Assembly: GCA_965649765.1 (NCBI GenBank)
Contig: OZ287752.1
Span: forward strand, 32,488,001-32,552,000
Direction of reading: 5' to 3'
DNA from: Bispira polyomma
Lineage: Eukaryota
DNA: 64,000 bases
Part shown: positions 14,171 through 28,585 of the stretch, piece by piece
Position numbering within the stretch: the first letter of the stretch is position 1
Layout of the letters: each line of letters opens with the position of its first letter
The notes under the pieces: model-generated
The model's database searches: none
What the model saw: only the letters and a program-made list of their open reading frames with translations
Told to the model about the DNA's origin: nothing
Made by a program: the position numbers and the translations under genes

Positions 14171-17100
14171 ACTATAGAGAGGAATTGTTGCAGTTTTCTA
14201 GTAAAAAGGTTCCAAATGTAGTTTTGTGTATTCTATCTACAACAATCAAATCTGTTTGAAGATGTAAAAAGAGTTGGAGAGGGGCTTGCAATTGTTGCAG
14301 TTTTCTAGTAAAAAAAAGTATGAGATTCCAAAAGGTAGTTTTGTATATTATATTTACTTTGGTTTCAAAGTATAGTTTTCCCTTATTTCATATTGATTAC
14401 AAATTCTGGCAATAACATATCTCAAGAATGATTTTTAATTAACCAGGCCTGGTTTGTCGATGATGTCATAGTTTTTGCAAAAGTAATTTTTCCAAAGACC
14501 CAAAATAGTTAGGCAAGTAATAAATACATTAAGTCCCTCTCAAGTACAGTGATACTTCTTTACCTGTTTAATCAAATGGTTTGTCTGATTACACAGAAGA
14601 TTAATATATCAATATGATTAATAGTGTAGTTTTAGTGGATGCTATTTCAATATTGGCATCTTTTATCTGGTCGTAACTAACTCATGTGTACTTAGTATCA
14701 GTTTAACACATTAGTAAACAATGTGTCTATGTTTATTGATACTCCTTTTAGATCTGCTCCAACATTTAATAAACCTTGCCTATCCTTCCAACCAATTTCA
14801 TGTCAATCAATCCACTATTATTCTAGATATGTCTGATAGATCTACAATATATAATTGGTCTATTAGTATGTTATGTATGATGAAGATAAAAAATATACAA
14901 ATAGTGTAACAAATGAGCCTGTTGTAAGTTTTGGAATAGATTAGTGAGATGTTTTACATAGATCAACCTTCCTCTGACATCAAGACTCAGTATGTGTGTG
15001 TTTGTGTGTGTGTTAAGATTGAGTTCATTAAAATCCCCCCCCCCCCCAGTGGAATGGCGTAGTATTGATTTTAGAAGTACTTTAATTTAACACACTGGTA
15101 AAATCATCTGTCGGAACATCAGGATTTGTAATCCATCTTTTGTATTAAATGATGAGGAAGTGCGTGCTGAAATGATCTTAATGCACAACTAATGTTTTAC
15201 CATTGATCAACTTCGAGGAACAAAATTTCAAACAGCTAATGGATTAACGGGACTTTAACGGATTCTTCTTTTGGCCTGTGTGCCATCTGTCAGGTTACTA
15301 CTAAATGTGTAAAGGTTAATAATTTTGGGCGCAGGAACCTTTCAAAAAGATACATGGTACTGTACTATACTCCGAATCACTAACACCAGTAGGGCTGTGC
15401 TATTACTTAATGTACCTTGTATATTTTAGACGTTTAAGACAATTTTGTGTATACTTATGTACTCTATAAGTTATAAGATATTAGCTTAAAGAAAATCACT
15501 CATTTTCTACTTTTTAAATTAAATTGTTACGGGAATTTATTTTTATTATAGGCATTCTTAAAGTATATATTAATGCTAGTTTCAACTTTGAATTAATTTT
15601 CTTTATGATAAGATTGGTAGTTTTCTTATTGTCATTAATCATTTAATGTAACTGTAAGGAGAAAATCAAATTTCAAGCCTGTTATTTTAAAATTATCAGC
15701 TTTAAACATGTGACAATAATGTTACAGGATATATGCCCATCGGAAGCAGTACTTCTTGTTGTATTTCACCATGTCTATTGAACCTCTTCCCTCTTTTCAC
15801 TTTAATGGTCCTCTGGTAGTCTTTGTTTGCACAGAATTTCTCTGTTATAAAGGACATGGTGAACTATAAAGAAGACACAGAAAAAATATGTTCTTGTACC
15901 TGAGCTGGTTCAATAGCAATAGATAGAGACAATTTATGTGGTAACCAGAAAGAACAACCATGCACAGGAGTTTCCAGTTATTTCTGTCGCCATCTGCTCT
16001 ACAATAATAGACATTGCACATGCAATGTTCAATGCTTGTAATGGATGCTCTCTACTCTTTATCACGTGCTATATGTGTAATAGCATTATTACTGGTGACA
16101 AAAGAAGCTTAAGCTTGTTCAAAGATATAAAGGAGTTGAAGAAGGGGCTACAAGTTGGTGCTGTCTAGTCAAATGTTCCATCTTTGTTATAGTAAATACT
16201 GGGCTCTATGTAATGTGTTCAACTGTGGGTTAAAAACTTGAGCAGTTTTATTACCAGAAAAAAAGATTTATAAAGAGATTGGATGTTGGATTCAACATAA
16301 GTATTTACTGCACTATAGTTGATGCACCTACTAACCATGTGAATGCTAAATATTGTATATGATAAATGACATTGGATGAGTGATACTAATTTTTGTTTTA
16401 GATTTTTGACACTTGGTGGTGTTTGTACTGTGTGACTTTAGTTTAACAGTGAGAGGGTTGTCATGCTTTAAAGATAGAGTTTTCATTAGGTGGTAATGAA
16501 TGTTATACTCCCATGCAAACCCTCATGGTTAGGAATGATACATTGTGTGAAGCTAAACAAATATACATCAATTTTAAAAGCTCAAAGTAACTTTCTCAAG
16601 TAACTGTATGTAATGTATTATTTTGGCTATGTGCATTAAACTTTTGATACTGTAGAATACACATCAAAAATGGAAATATAATTAATACTGATATTTTATA
16701 TTATATCTCTAAAATTACAAAATTAAATGTCACGCAGTAGAGTGAATACCTCTACCAATGGGCCACAGTGGCATTAAGTGAAAACAAATTATACCCTAGT
16801 CTGCTTCCAAATTCCTTCCTATTCCCTGTGCCATATTTCATCGTTTTTTTTTTTTTCCTTTTTAATGTGCCTAATGGATGTGAGGTATCTTCTAAAGCAC
16901 AACGACAGAGTGAATTAACCAATCCACAGGTCGAAAAAACTTTTTTTTTTTCGGATCTGCTCCAATAATTCAAGGATTCTTTATTTTAACCAACATACAT
17001 TAGCAAAACCAAAACCATCCTGGTTTCCATAGCTAGTCCAGGGGTATATTTATCTGATTTATAGGACTCAGAAATTCTAAACATTTTGTGAAGGGGTTAT

Positions 17101-20100
17101 TGTACAAAATAGTAGTGAACCAAACAACAATATCTTCATAGAGAGGAATATTGCAAAGTTTGTTGATTGCTACAAACGTGAGAGAGAGATCCTACAATAT
17201 TATGGGTTGACAGAGTAATTGTATAACTGGGACATTCAGTACATGTGTACAAGTCATAGTCACATATACAACTTGGGTCTATTTGCTCCTGTGCGATTTA
17301 ACCAACATATGACTCCCAATCTTAAAATTAAAACTAGTGTGCATATATCTTAACAGTTAGAAAAAAAAATAATTTTTATCAGTAAACAACTACCTCAAAA
17401 TTGCCTATGATTACATCTAATTATTAAAAATAGGTATAATATATCTTAATACTTACAACAAGAAAATCAACCATGTAGGGTAACAGAGTAGTAAAAATCT
17501 TTTAAAATCAAATTTTTTTAAAAATTGTATACTGGCTGGGACATTTAATTCAATAAATGTGTATGAGCTATTTTTGCAAAATTTCAAACAACTAAATTCA
17601 CATTTATTGTATGACAATATACATAGTTCTACAAACGATCGCTTTCCTCCATATTTCATTAAATAGACTTCTCAGTTTCCAGAGAAACACAGTACTAATC
17701 TAATAGAGTTTATACGGATAAAATATTAATAAAATAATCTCAAACCAGTTCAGTAAAAATCTAACATTACTTTCTAGCACTGACCTTCAATACTTACCCA
17801 CACTGCATTTGGAAATTATGGGGCATTATATGAGCAATTATATTTTTGCTTGTCTTCATTGGTTGGTTGGTTGGTTTCATTAATTGTTTATCACCGTGAA
17901 GGAAACTACTGAAACAATTTACATAAAATTTGGTTGGGGGATGGGACATGAGCACACGCAGATCCAGGTAGATGTGTGGATACAAGAATTGTTCGCACTA
18001 TTTGGTGCTGTGGTATTTTATTAAAGGTACTTCAAGTTATTGTTGAACTTAATGAACCATCTATGCTACAAATTTGTATGGATGGGGTAATGTGGTTTTT
18101 AACACAGTGGAGTATTCATACTGGACCTTTTAAACCATTATGGCATTGGAAACTCTACCCATCCTAGGTTGAGAAGTATACCACTTGACTATAATTTCTA
18201 GGTCTTCAATGTGATCTTTACTCATGGTCTTTTAATATGGACAGATTCATAGGCACAGATAGATAGACTCATATCTAAAAACAAATATCCATTTTGACAG
18301 GTTTGTGATGGTACAGCTTGTAAACGTTAGGTCTTATCAATATTGAGATACATAATTGGAAAAGTTCTTGGTTAATTTTTAACTTCAGTCAGAGGTTAGA
18401 CCATTTATTAATCAATGTCTCCAAGATTCGTCAGCCAGCCTCTATGATAGGACCCAGTGACATTTTAATTGGTTATCCAAGCCACTATGTATCTTCCTTG
18501 ACCTGGTAATGCCAGGCTAGAATCAAACCCAGGTTTTCTGTGTTCCGTATTAAGTGTGTTACCCACAAAGGCACCATACACAGTGTTTAGGAATTAACAT
18601 AATTCCATTGTAATGCCTTAAAAAGAATTCCTGGGTCAACCTTGCTACCTGGATCCTTCCAAACAATTTCATGTCAATAAGTTCACAAGTTGTTTGTGTA
18701 ATCTTGGATACACAAAAACCACAGTGGGCAAATGGAGGACATCACCTCTTTGGCTATATAAATTCCAGGCTCCTAAACGATAGAGGTATCTTGATATTTT
18801 GCTAAACAAAAAACTACAATATATAATTGAACTATTTGTATTTTAAGTATGAGGAAGATAAAATTATACACACAGTGTAAGAAATGAGCATGTTGCAAGT
18901 TTTGAAATAGATTAGTGAGATTATCTACATAGAAGACCATTGCTCTGACATCAAGACTCAATATGTGGGTATTTGTGTGTGTGTGTGTGTGTCAGGAATG
19001 GAGTTAATTCAATTGCCCCCAGTGGAATAGCTTAGTCTTCATTTTAAAAGTACTTTAATTTCACACACTGGTAAAAATCATCTGTCATTACATCTGGATT
19101 TGTAATCCATCTCTTTGTAATAAATGATGATGAAGTGTTTACTGAAACGATCTTATTGCACAACTAATCATGTTTTAGTACATGAATATTTTTTTGTAAA
19201 CATCAGATTGTTGAAGAAATAGACATAAGCATACTGTAGAATTTAGACATGCATTGAAAATATATATTTGCAGGAACTAAATTCTATAATACTTGTTATT
19301 AACTTATATATTAATACTTGTTTCTTTTTTTTCTGTTACTTAAATAAATTAATATAGTTTTGGGACAATAATTCTTGATTGCATATTCACAATAAAATAT
19401 TTATATTACAAAAAATTGGCATCATTAGAAATTGCATTAAATGCACATAACAAACACTATAAAAAATACATTTATACATTCCACAAGAACAACAAATATG
19501 TTATAAAAGATTGTTCTCAAGATCAACAAGCAACAAACAACTTATAATAATTTGTACTTAAATCATTTGGTTTCAAGCTTTTTTTTATCTAACTGGTAGA
19601 CAAATAGCACTTTCTGTATTTATGCGTGCTTCTGTGACAAATAAAAATTAATAAAACTAAAAAAGGGGGGCACTCTGTAGTCTGCATACCCATGCCTAGT
19701 TGTCGCATTGCCAAAACGTGAAAACAATGCCTCGATTTCTACCCAAACCTGCCCTAAAATTTACTGCATTCTTCCTTGGCCTCTGCCCCATCCCTCAGGT
19801 TACTACTCAATGTGCCAGGTTGATAATCATGGTTGAACGACCATTTTAAAAGGAGACATCACTCTGTAAAATCATGTTAGTGTACTATACTGTGATTACT
19901 CTGACTAATACTAAAACGCTTGTGCTGTTACTTAATGTACCCAAGTTTTTAGAAATTGACTGGAATAAGATTTAATTATAGGACATTTTCAACTTAAAGA
20001 TTTTTACAAAATTAAAGTTTCATTTAGAATTAATTTTGTCTTTCTAAGCTGATTAAGTAAAATTATTAGAGAGTTTGTTTTATTTAACTCAAGTCATGAA

Positions 20101-20255
20101 TAATTACTCTGTAACTGTAAGAGGGAAATTACATTAGAAGTCAAGTTCTATTTGAAAAGGAGACATCACCCTGGAAAACCATGGTATTATACTGTTACTC
20201 ACTACAATGTACTAATAACATCAAAAGGAGTACTTCTTTTGACATCAGAAGGAGT
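14171..20255. repeat. Array unit 3 (several internal deletions)
   Basis: Colinear with the others, with deletions near 14170, 14815, 15240, 16950 and 17830. Confidence 0.85.
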
Positions 20256-20650
20256 GAAGATGATATGATAGATTTTTAACATGCCTAATTGACGCCAGGC
20301 ATCTTCTAAAGCACAACATCATTGACAAAGTTGTAAAAATCATAGTCCATTTCTAAAGTAAATTTGTGATTGTGGTAACGTGGAGGAGAAAGATATCTAT
20401 GGGGGGTAAGCGAGGGTAAAGAGATGGGTTTTAAGATTACTTCCTGGGATCGTAAATTGGTTGATAAATTATTTCATGGAGTAGGTGCTGCAACAGAGAA
20501 GGTATATAGGATCCAATCCGTTTACTAGTCCTGGTATCAAGACTGAAATTATGTTTCCCCTGTTGAAAGACAACAGTATGGCAATATATGGGGACTGACA
20601 TAGGTTTACAGCTTTGTATGTAGTAATATTGGTCTTGAAAATGATGCGGT
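20256..20650 (-). mobile_element. L2-type LINE 3' fragment flanked by a 28-bp direct repeat
   Basis: Copy of the same block. Flanks 20228-20255 and 20655-20682 match at 25 of 28 positions. Confidence 0.88.
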
Positions 20651-23600
20651 ACTTGAGTACTTCTTATAGCATCAGAAGGAGTACTTCCTTTATTTCAGAT
20701 TGTTTTATTAAACCCTTTTACCTCTTTTCTCTTTAATGGTCCCCATGTCTTCTTTATTAGCACAGAACATCTCTGTTATAAAGGAGACACACAAATATAC
20801 TCTTGTACGTAAGTTGGTGCATGAGCAATAAATATACAACATATATCTGGGGACAATAAAGAAACCACCACTCGGGTCATCTGCTCTTCAAAAATAGATG
20901 TTATACATACAATGTTCTGTCCCTGTAATGGATGCTCTTCTTTTTTATCTCTTGCTATATGTAACAGAATTATTACTGGCTATAAAGATCATCTACAACT
21001 CTTAAGTCTGTTTGAAGATGTAAAAAGAGTTGCAGAGGGGCAATTGCAATTGTTGCAGTTTTCTAGTAAAAAAAGTATGAGATTCCAAAAGGTAGTTTTG
21101 TATATTTTATTTACTTTGAGTTAAAAGTATAGTTTTCCCTAATTTCATATTCTGGTAATAACATATCTCCAGAATGATTTACACTTAACCAGGCCTGGTT
21201 TGTCGATGATGTCATAGTTTTTGCTAAGGTAAATGAAATGGTTTGTCTGATTACACAGAAGATTAATATATCAATATAATTAACCGTGTAGCTTTAGTGG
21301 CTGGTATTTTAATTTTGACATCGTTTATATTGCCATAACTAACTCATGTGTACTTAGTACCAGTTTAACACATTAGTAAACACTGTGTCTATGTCTATTG
21401 ATACTCCTTGTCGACAAGAAAACTCGTATCCTTTATAAAATATTATATTAATTAATCAAAATTTCATACTTTATATTTTAGATCTGCTCAAACATTTAAT
21501 GAACCATGCCTATCCTTCCAACCAATTTCATGTCAATCAATACACTAGTTATTTTGTGTGTCACACACCAACCACAATGGGCCCTCGGAAGAAAACATCA
21601 CCTCTCTGGCAAAGGTATTTATAGAAGCTTCATAGGTTCTCAAATAGACATATCTTGATATTTTGTTAAATAAAAATAGTTCTAAATGCTCAACTTGAGT
21701 TGACAACATTAATAATACTATTAATCTAGATATGCCTGATATATTTACAATATATAATTAACCTATTAGTATGTTATGTATGATGAAGATAAAAAATATA
21801 CAAACAGTGTGACAAATGATCCTGTTGTAAGTTTTGGCATAGATGTTCTACATATTCCAACCTTCCTCTGACATTAAGACTCAGTATTTGGGTATTTTAG
21901 TGTGTGCTAAGATTAAGTTAATAACATTGCCTTCAGTGGAATGGCGTAGTATTGATTTTAAAAGTTCTTTAATTTAACACACTGGTAAAATCATCTGTCG
22001 GAACTTTAGGACTTGTAATCCATCTCTTTGTAATAAATGATAAGGAAGTGTGTGCTGAAACGGTCTTAATGCACAACTAATGTTTTACCATTTATCAATT
22101 TAGAGGAATGAAACAGCTAATTTTATTAATTATTGTTACTGGTGTGTTGTAGCTTAAATAAATGTACAAATTTGGAGTAATATTGCTTTATTGCATCAAT
22201 ATACTAAATTAATTCCAAAATAAAAGGCTTATATTACAAAAAACTTGGCATCATCAGAAAGGGCAATGAATGTACAAAATAAATACACGAGTTAAAATAC
22301 ATTTATACAATCCATATGCTAGAAAGAAAAGTTGACAAGATAAACAAGCAACAAATAACTTATAATGAGCGTAAACAGCCCTTCCATTCAAAGTAAAAGG
22401 TTATCAAGACTAGCGTACCACTAAATTACCTAACTGAGGCCATTAAGTGTCATTTGGGAAAATTATCAGTGGATTTTTAGGGTGTATTTACAACTCTAAG
22501 GTAAACAGGGGATTGATAATTAAAGTACAAGTGGAACAATTGTTTTAGACATTACGTAAAATTGCTTGTGGAAGTGGGGTTGGGTGTGTTATTGTTCACC
22601 AGAAGGCGTCTATACCTCTGCCAAGGTGATTCATTTCCAAAAAGTGAAAGAAATTCCTGGATCTGGCTTTCTACTCAAATCTGCTCCAAAAATTTAACGG
22701 ATTCTTCCTTTGGCCTGTGTGCCATCTCTCGGGTTACTACTAAATGTGTCAGGTTAATAATTTTGATTGCAGGAACATTTCAAAAAGCCACATAGTACTG
22801 TACTATACTCTGAATCACTATTACCAGTAGGCTTGTGCTATTACTTCATGAACCCTGTATATTTTAGACATTCAAGACAATTTTGTGTAAACTTATGTAC
22901 TGTATAAAAAGAACTTTTAGCTGAAAGAAACTCACTCATTTTTTACTTTTTAATTATTACGGGAATTTATTTTATTATAGACATTCTTAAATTATATATT
23001 AATGCTAGTTTCAACTTTAAATTAATTTTCTATATGATAAGATTGGTAGTTTTCTTATTGTCATCAAACATTTAATGAAAACATTTAAGGAGAAACTCAC
23101 ATTTCAAGCCTGATGTTTTAAAATTATCAGCTTTAAAGATGTGACAAAACTATAACAGGATGTATGCCCATCAGAAGCGGTACTTCTTGCTGTATTTCAC
23201 CATGTCTTTTGAACTTCTTCCCTCTTTTCACTTTAACGGTCCTCTTTTCGTCTTTGTTAGCACATAACTTCTCTGTTATAAAGGAAATGGTGAACAAAAA
23301 AGAAGACACAGGTTTTTGTACCTGAGCTGGTTTAAGTAGCAATAGATAGAGAATTTATGTGGTGACCAGAAAGAAACTACCACGCACAGGAGTTTCCAGT
23401 TATTTCTGCCGTCATCTGCTCTACAATAATAGACATTGCACATACAACATTCAATGCTTGTAATGAATGCTCTCTGCTCTTTATCATTTGGTATATGTGT
23501 AATAGCAAAATTACTGATAACAAAAGATCTTCTACAATTCTTAAGCTTGTACAAAGATATAAAGGAGTTAAAGAAGGGCTAGAAGTTGGTGCTGTCTTGT

Positions 23601-24326
23601 CAAATGTTCCATCATTGTTATAGTAAATACTGTGCTCTATGTAATGTGTTCCACCCAGCTTTGAAAACTTGAGCAGCTTTATTACCAGAAAAAATTAGTG
23701 GTTTATAAAGAGATTAGATGTTGGTTGCAGTCTCAACATAATTATATACTGCACTATAGTTGATGTACTTACTGACCATGTGAATGCTAAATGTTGTATG
23801 TGTATGTGATGAATGACAACAGATGAGTAATGGTTATTTTTTGTGTTGGATTTTTGACACTTTGTGGTGGGTGTACTGAGTGCACTTTTAGTTTACCAGT
23901 AAGAGGGTTGTCATGATTTAAAGATATAGTCTTTATTAGGTGTTAATGAATGTTATACTCACATGCAAACCCTCATGATTAGAAGTGATACATTGTATGA
24001 AGCTAAACAAATATACAACAATTTTCACAGTTAAAAGGTCCTAAACCTAGAGTAGCAATACTTTTGTACATCAAGTTCTTAAGTAACTGTATATAATGTA
24101 TTATTTTGCATTAAACTTTTGATACTGTAGAATACTGTATGGAAATATATAATAAATACTGATATTTTATATTAGATCTGTTAAATCATAAAAATAAAAA
24201 TTAAATGGCACACAATAGAGTGAATACCTCCACCAATGGGTAACAGTGGCATAAAGTAAAAACAAACTACACCCTGATCCAAAATTCCTGTTAATTCACT
24301 GTGCCATATTTCATCTTTGTTTCTTC

Positions 24327-24500
24327 CATTTTTAACGTGCCTTATGGATGTGAGGTATTTTCTAAAGTGCAACAACAGAGTCAATTAACCAATGGACAGA
24401 GCGAAAAAAAACATAGCCAGGCCATAAGGAAGGATGTGGGAGTGTGCAGGGAGGGAGCTAAGGGTAAGCGAGTTTAAAGTGATAGGTTAAGGCATTTAAA
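24327..24500 (-). mobile_element. Short L2 3'-end remnant in monomer B (homologues ~3815-3937, 10885-11016, 16860-16935, 32356-32530, 37320-37500)
   Basis: Minus strand has tttaaactcgcttacccttag (FKLAYP*) followed by the same 3' UTR motif (gacctggc...gttgcactttagaaaa...catccataaggcacgttaaaaat). Confidence 0.75.
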
Positions 24501-24698
24501 ATTACAATAAAGGACTATGAAAAACCAACCTTACATTTAGATTGGGGATTTTTGTTTGCTATAATAATCTATCTTAATAGTTACGACAAGAAAATCAACA
24601 ATGTTGGTAAACAGTGTAGTAAATATCTTTTAAAATCAATTTTTTTTAAATTGTATGCTGGCTGGGACATTCAATTCTATATAAAAAATCTTACATTA

Positions 24699-25661
24699 TG
24701 CTGACGACACTCAAATCTATCTCTCTCTTAACACTCAGAATGCCGGACACAACCTGGATTTACTTGCCGACTGTCTCTCCTCAGTTCAGGCATGGCTGAA
24801 CTATTCCAAACTGAAACTAAACCCTGACAAAACTGAATTCATCCTAATTGGAAATAAGAAACACAGTGAATACTTCAGATCACTTTTCCCAATCACACAG
24901 CTGGGTAATGAGATTCAACCTTCAGATCAGGTCAAAAACCTAGGTGTCACTATCGACCCTTCCTTTTTCATTTTTTCCTCACATGACCAGCATCTGCCTC
25001 TCCTGTAACTATCACATTCGGGACCTTAAAAGAATCAGAAATTATTTGTCACTGGATACTGCTATCACTGTAGCCAACGCTCTTGTAAGTAGCCGCCTTG
25101 ACTACTGTAATTTTCCTTTGTATGGAGCCAATAAGTCCCACATTAACAGGTTGCAGTCCATTCAAAACTATGTATGTTTCGTCTGGGAATCTGTACTAAT
25201 GTCACTCCATACCTCAAGAAACTTCACTGGCTTCCTATTCAGTATCGAATCCTGTTTAAAATGCATGTAACTATTTTTAAAGCTGTTGTCTCTCAACAGC
25301 CTCACTACCTCGCTACTAAACTCTTCCTCAGCAGCCTTAAGTGGGAAAAAAGACTCTCTGTTTCCTCAAATAAAAACCACTAAGAGGGTTGGATCTAGAG
25401 CCTTCTCGGTGGCCGCACCTAGTTTATGAAACAGTCTTCCAGCAGAACTTAGACTGCTTAAAACACTTTCTGGTTTGAGGAAAAAGTTTAAAACCTATCT
25501 CTTCAGACTCGCCTATCCGCCGTAGTCCTCTTCCTGGGCACTGATGCGTCCATGCTTATGACCTGGCTATGTTTTTCAATTTTCTATTGGCTGATTAATT
25601 CTGATGTTGCACCTTAGAAAACGCTTAGCATCAATAAGGCGTGTTAAAAATGCACAATACA
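24699..25661 (+). mobile_element. 5'-truncated L2-type (CR1/L2 superfamily) LINE with a frameshifted RT C-terminus and 3' UTR
   Basis: Translates as YADDTQIYLS...LKLNPDKTE...VKNLGV...ALVSSRLDYCN...LHWLPIQYRILFK...FSVAAP...KTYLFRLAYPP* (stop 25523-25525), followed by a tail cacaatacaa. The empty site aaatctaacattactttttagc is seen in unit 1 (~4690). Confidence 0.95.
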
Positions 25662-28170
25662 ATTACTTTTTAGCACTGACCTTTAATACTTACACTACAT
25701 TTGGAAATTATAGGGGCAAAAAACCTCTCAACAACACTTTTTCTATTGTCAGTTATGAGAAACAAGCTAGGCAAAAACTCTCCCAATGGCTACTTTGTTA
25801 TTACCTCGGACAGGTCTGATACTTTTTACTCTGTCTTACTATACTGACCCCTAAAATTAGTTGGCTAGACTGGGGGAATACTGAAGTGTTAGAGTCAAAC
25901 AGGAAGTGTTTGGTCTTAAGTGTACACCATTTTCTATTTGTGCAACAGAGGTTATATAATTGTGCTTGTCTTCATTGGTTGGTTGGTTGGTTTCTTTTAT
26001 TGTTTATTTATCACAGTGAAGGAAACTACTGAACCAATTTACATAAAATTTTGGTTGGTGGAGGGGACATGGGCAAACGCAGATCCAGGTAGATGTGACA
26101 CAAGAATTGTTCACACCATTTGGTTCTTTGGTACTTTATTAATTTATCCAATCTGAATGGATGGGGTAGTGTGGTTTTTAACACAGTAGACTTTTTCATA
26201 CTGGACCTTTCAAACCATTATGGCATTGGAAACTCTACCCATCCTAGGTTGAGAAGTATACCACTTGACTATAATTTTTAGGTCTTCAATGTGATCTTTA
26301 CTCATGGTCTTTTGATATGGACAGATTCATAAGCACAGATAGATAGACTAATATCTAAAAACAAACGTGCATTTTGACAGGTCTGTCATAGTACAGCTTG
26401 TAAATGTTAGGTCTTATCAATATTGAGATACATAATTGGAAAAGTTCTTGGTTAATTTTTAATGTCAGTCTGAGGTTAGACCATATATTAATCAATGTCT
26501 CCAAGATTCGTTGGCCAGCCTCTAGAATTGGACAAAGTGACATTTTAATTGGTTATCCAAGCCACTGTATAATGTCAGGTAATGCCATGCTCAAATCAAA
26601 CCCAGGTTTTCTGTGTTCCTTTTTAAGATTTACCCACAAGAGCACTATGGCATATATACATGTGGTGTTAAGGAATTAACCTAATTTCATTGTAATGTCT
26701 TAAAAAGAATTTCTGGGTCAACCTTGCTGCTTGGATCCGCCTCAACATTTAATGGACCATGTCTGTCCTTCCAAACAATTTCAAGTCAATCAATTCACAA
26801 GTGATATTTTGCTAAAAAAATATATAATTGAACTATTTGTATGTTAAGTATGAGAAAGATAAAATTTTACACACAGTGTAACAAATGAGCATGTTGCAAG
26901 TTGTGGAATAGATTAGTGAGATGTTCTACATAGAAGACCATTTCTCTGACATCAAGACCCAATATGTGGGTATTTGTGTGTGTGTGTCAGGAATGGAGTT
27001 AATTAAATTGCCCCTAGTGGAATAGCTTAGTCTTCATTTTGAAAGTACTTTAATTTCACACACTGGTAAAAATCATGTCATTACATCCAGATTTGTAATC
27101 CATCTCTTTGTAATAAATGATGATGAAGTGCGTGCTGAAACGATCTTTTTGCACAACTAATCATGTTTTAGCATAGACATGAGCATACTGTAGAATTTAG
27201 ACATGCATTGAAAATATATATATGCAGGAACTAAATTCCATAACAGCTAATGTTAATAATACTTGTTTCTGGTTTTCTGTTGCTTAAATAAATTAATATA
27301 GCTTTGGGACAATAATTCTTGATTGCATATTCACAATAAAATTTTTATATTACAGAAACTTGGCATCATTAGAAAATGCATTAAATGTACAAAACAAACA
27401 CATTAAAAACACATTTATACATTCCACAAGAACAACAAATATGTTATAAAACATTGTTCTCAAGATCAACAAGCAACAAACAACTTATAATAATTTTTAC
27501 TTAAATCATTTGGTTTCAAGCTTCTATTTATCTAACTGGTACACAAATAGCACTTCCTGTATTTATGCATGCTTCTGTGACAAATAAAAATTATTAAAAC
27601 AAAAAAAAAAAGTGGCACTCTGTAGTGTGCATACCCCTGCCTAGTTGTCGCATTGCCAAAAGGTGAAAACAATTCCTCAATTTCTTCCCAAACCTGCTCC
27701 AAAATTTACTGGATTCTTCCTCGGCCTCTGCCCTTTCTGTTGGGTTACTACTCAATGTGCCAGGTTGATAATCATGGTTGAAGGACCATTTCAAAAAGAG
27801 ACATCACTCTATAAAATCATGTTAGTGTTCGATACTGTGATTACTCTTACTAATACTAATACGCTTGTGCTGTTACTTAATGTACCAGAGTTTTTAGAAA
27901 TAGACTGGAATAAGATTTAACTATAGGAAATATTCAACTTATAGATTTTTACAAATTTAAAGTTTCATTTAGAGTTAATTTTGTCTTTCTAATCTGATTA
28001 AATTCAAGTCATGAATAATTACTCTGTAACTGTAAGAGGGGAATTACATTTGAAGTCAAGTTCTATTTGAAAAGGAGACATCACTCACCAAAACCATGGT
28101 ATTATACTGTTACTCAGCACACTGTACTAATAAAATCAAAAGGAGTACTTCTTTTGGCATCAGAAGGAGT

Positions 28171-28585
28171 GATTATGATATGGTAGATTTTTAACATGCC
28201 TAAGTGATGCCAGGCATCTTCTAAAGCACAACATCATTCACAAAGTTGTAAAAATCATAGTCCATTTCCAAAGTAAATTTGTGATTGTGGTAAAGTGGAG
28301 GAGAAAGATATCTATAGGGGGTAAGCGAGGGTGAAGAGATGGGTCTTAAGATTACTTCTAAAGCCAAAAAGCATTGCCTGGGATCGTAAATTGGTTGATA
28401 AATTATTCCATAGAGTAGGTGCTGCAACAGAAAAGGTATATAGGATCTAATCTGTTTACTAGTCCTGGTATCAATACTGAAATTATGTTTCCCCTGTTGA
28501 AAGACAACAGTAAGGCAATATATGGGGACTGACATAGGTTTACAGCTTTGTATGTAGTAATATTGGTCTTGAAAATGATGCGGCA
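28171..28585 (-). mobile_element. L2-type LINE 3' fragment at a unit junction
   Basis: Nearly identical to 6608-7022; the ORF-track peptides are almost the same. Confidence 0.88.

Larger units (their letters stand above)
20256..28170. repeat. Array unit 4 (carries a unique L2 insertion)
   Basis: Colinear with the others. Has a ~960 bp insertion at 24699-25661 and lacks the block found at ~3970-4560 in unit 1. Confidence 0.85.

Noticed and set aside
14877-14977. C/D box snoRNA (ATGATGA...CTGA) in monomer A
   Set aside because: The C box is not conserved across copies (atgatca, atgatcc, atgaaga), the terminal stem is only 3 bp, and no rRNA-complementary guide was recognised.
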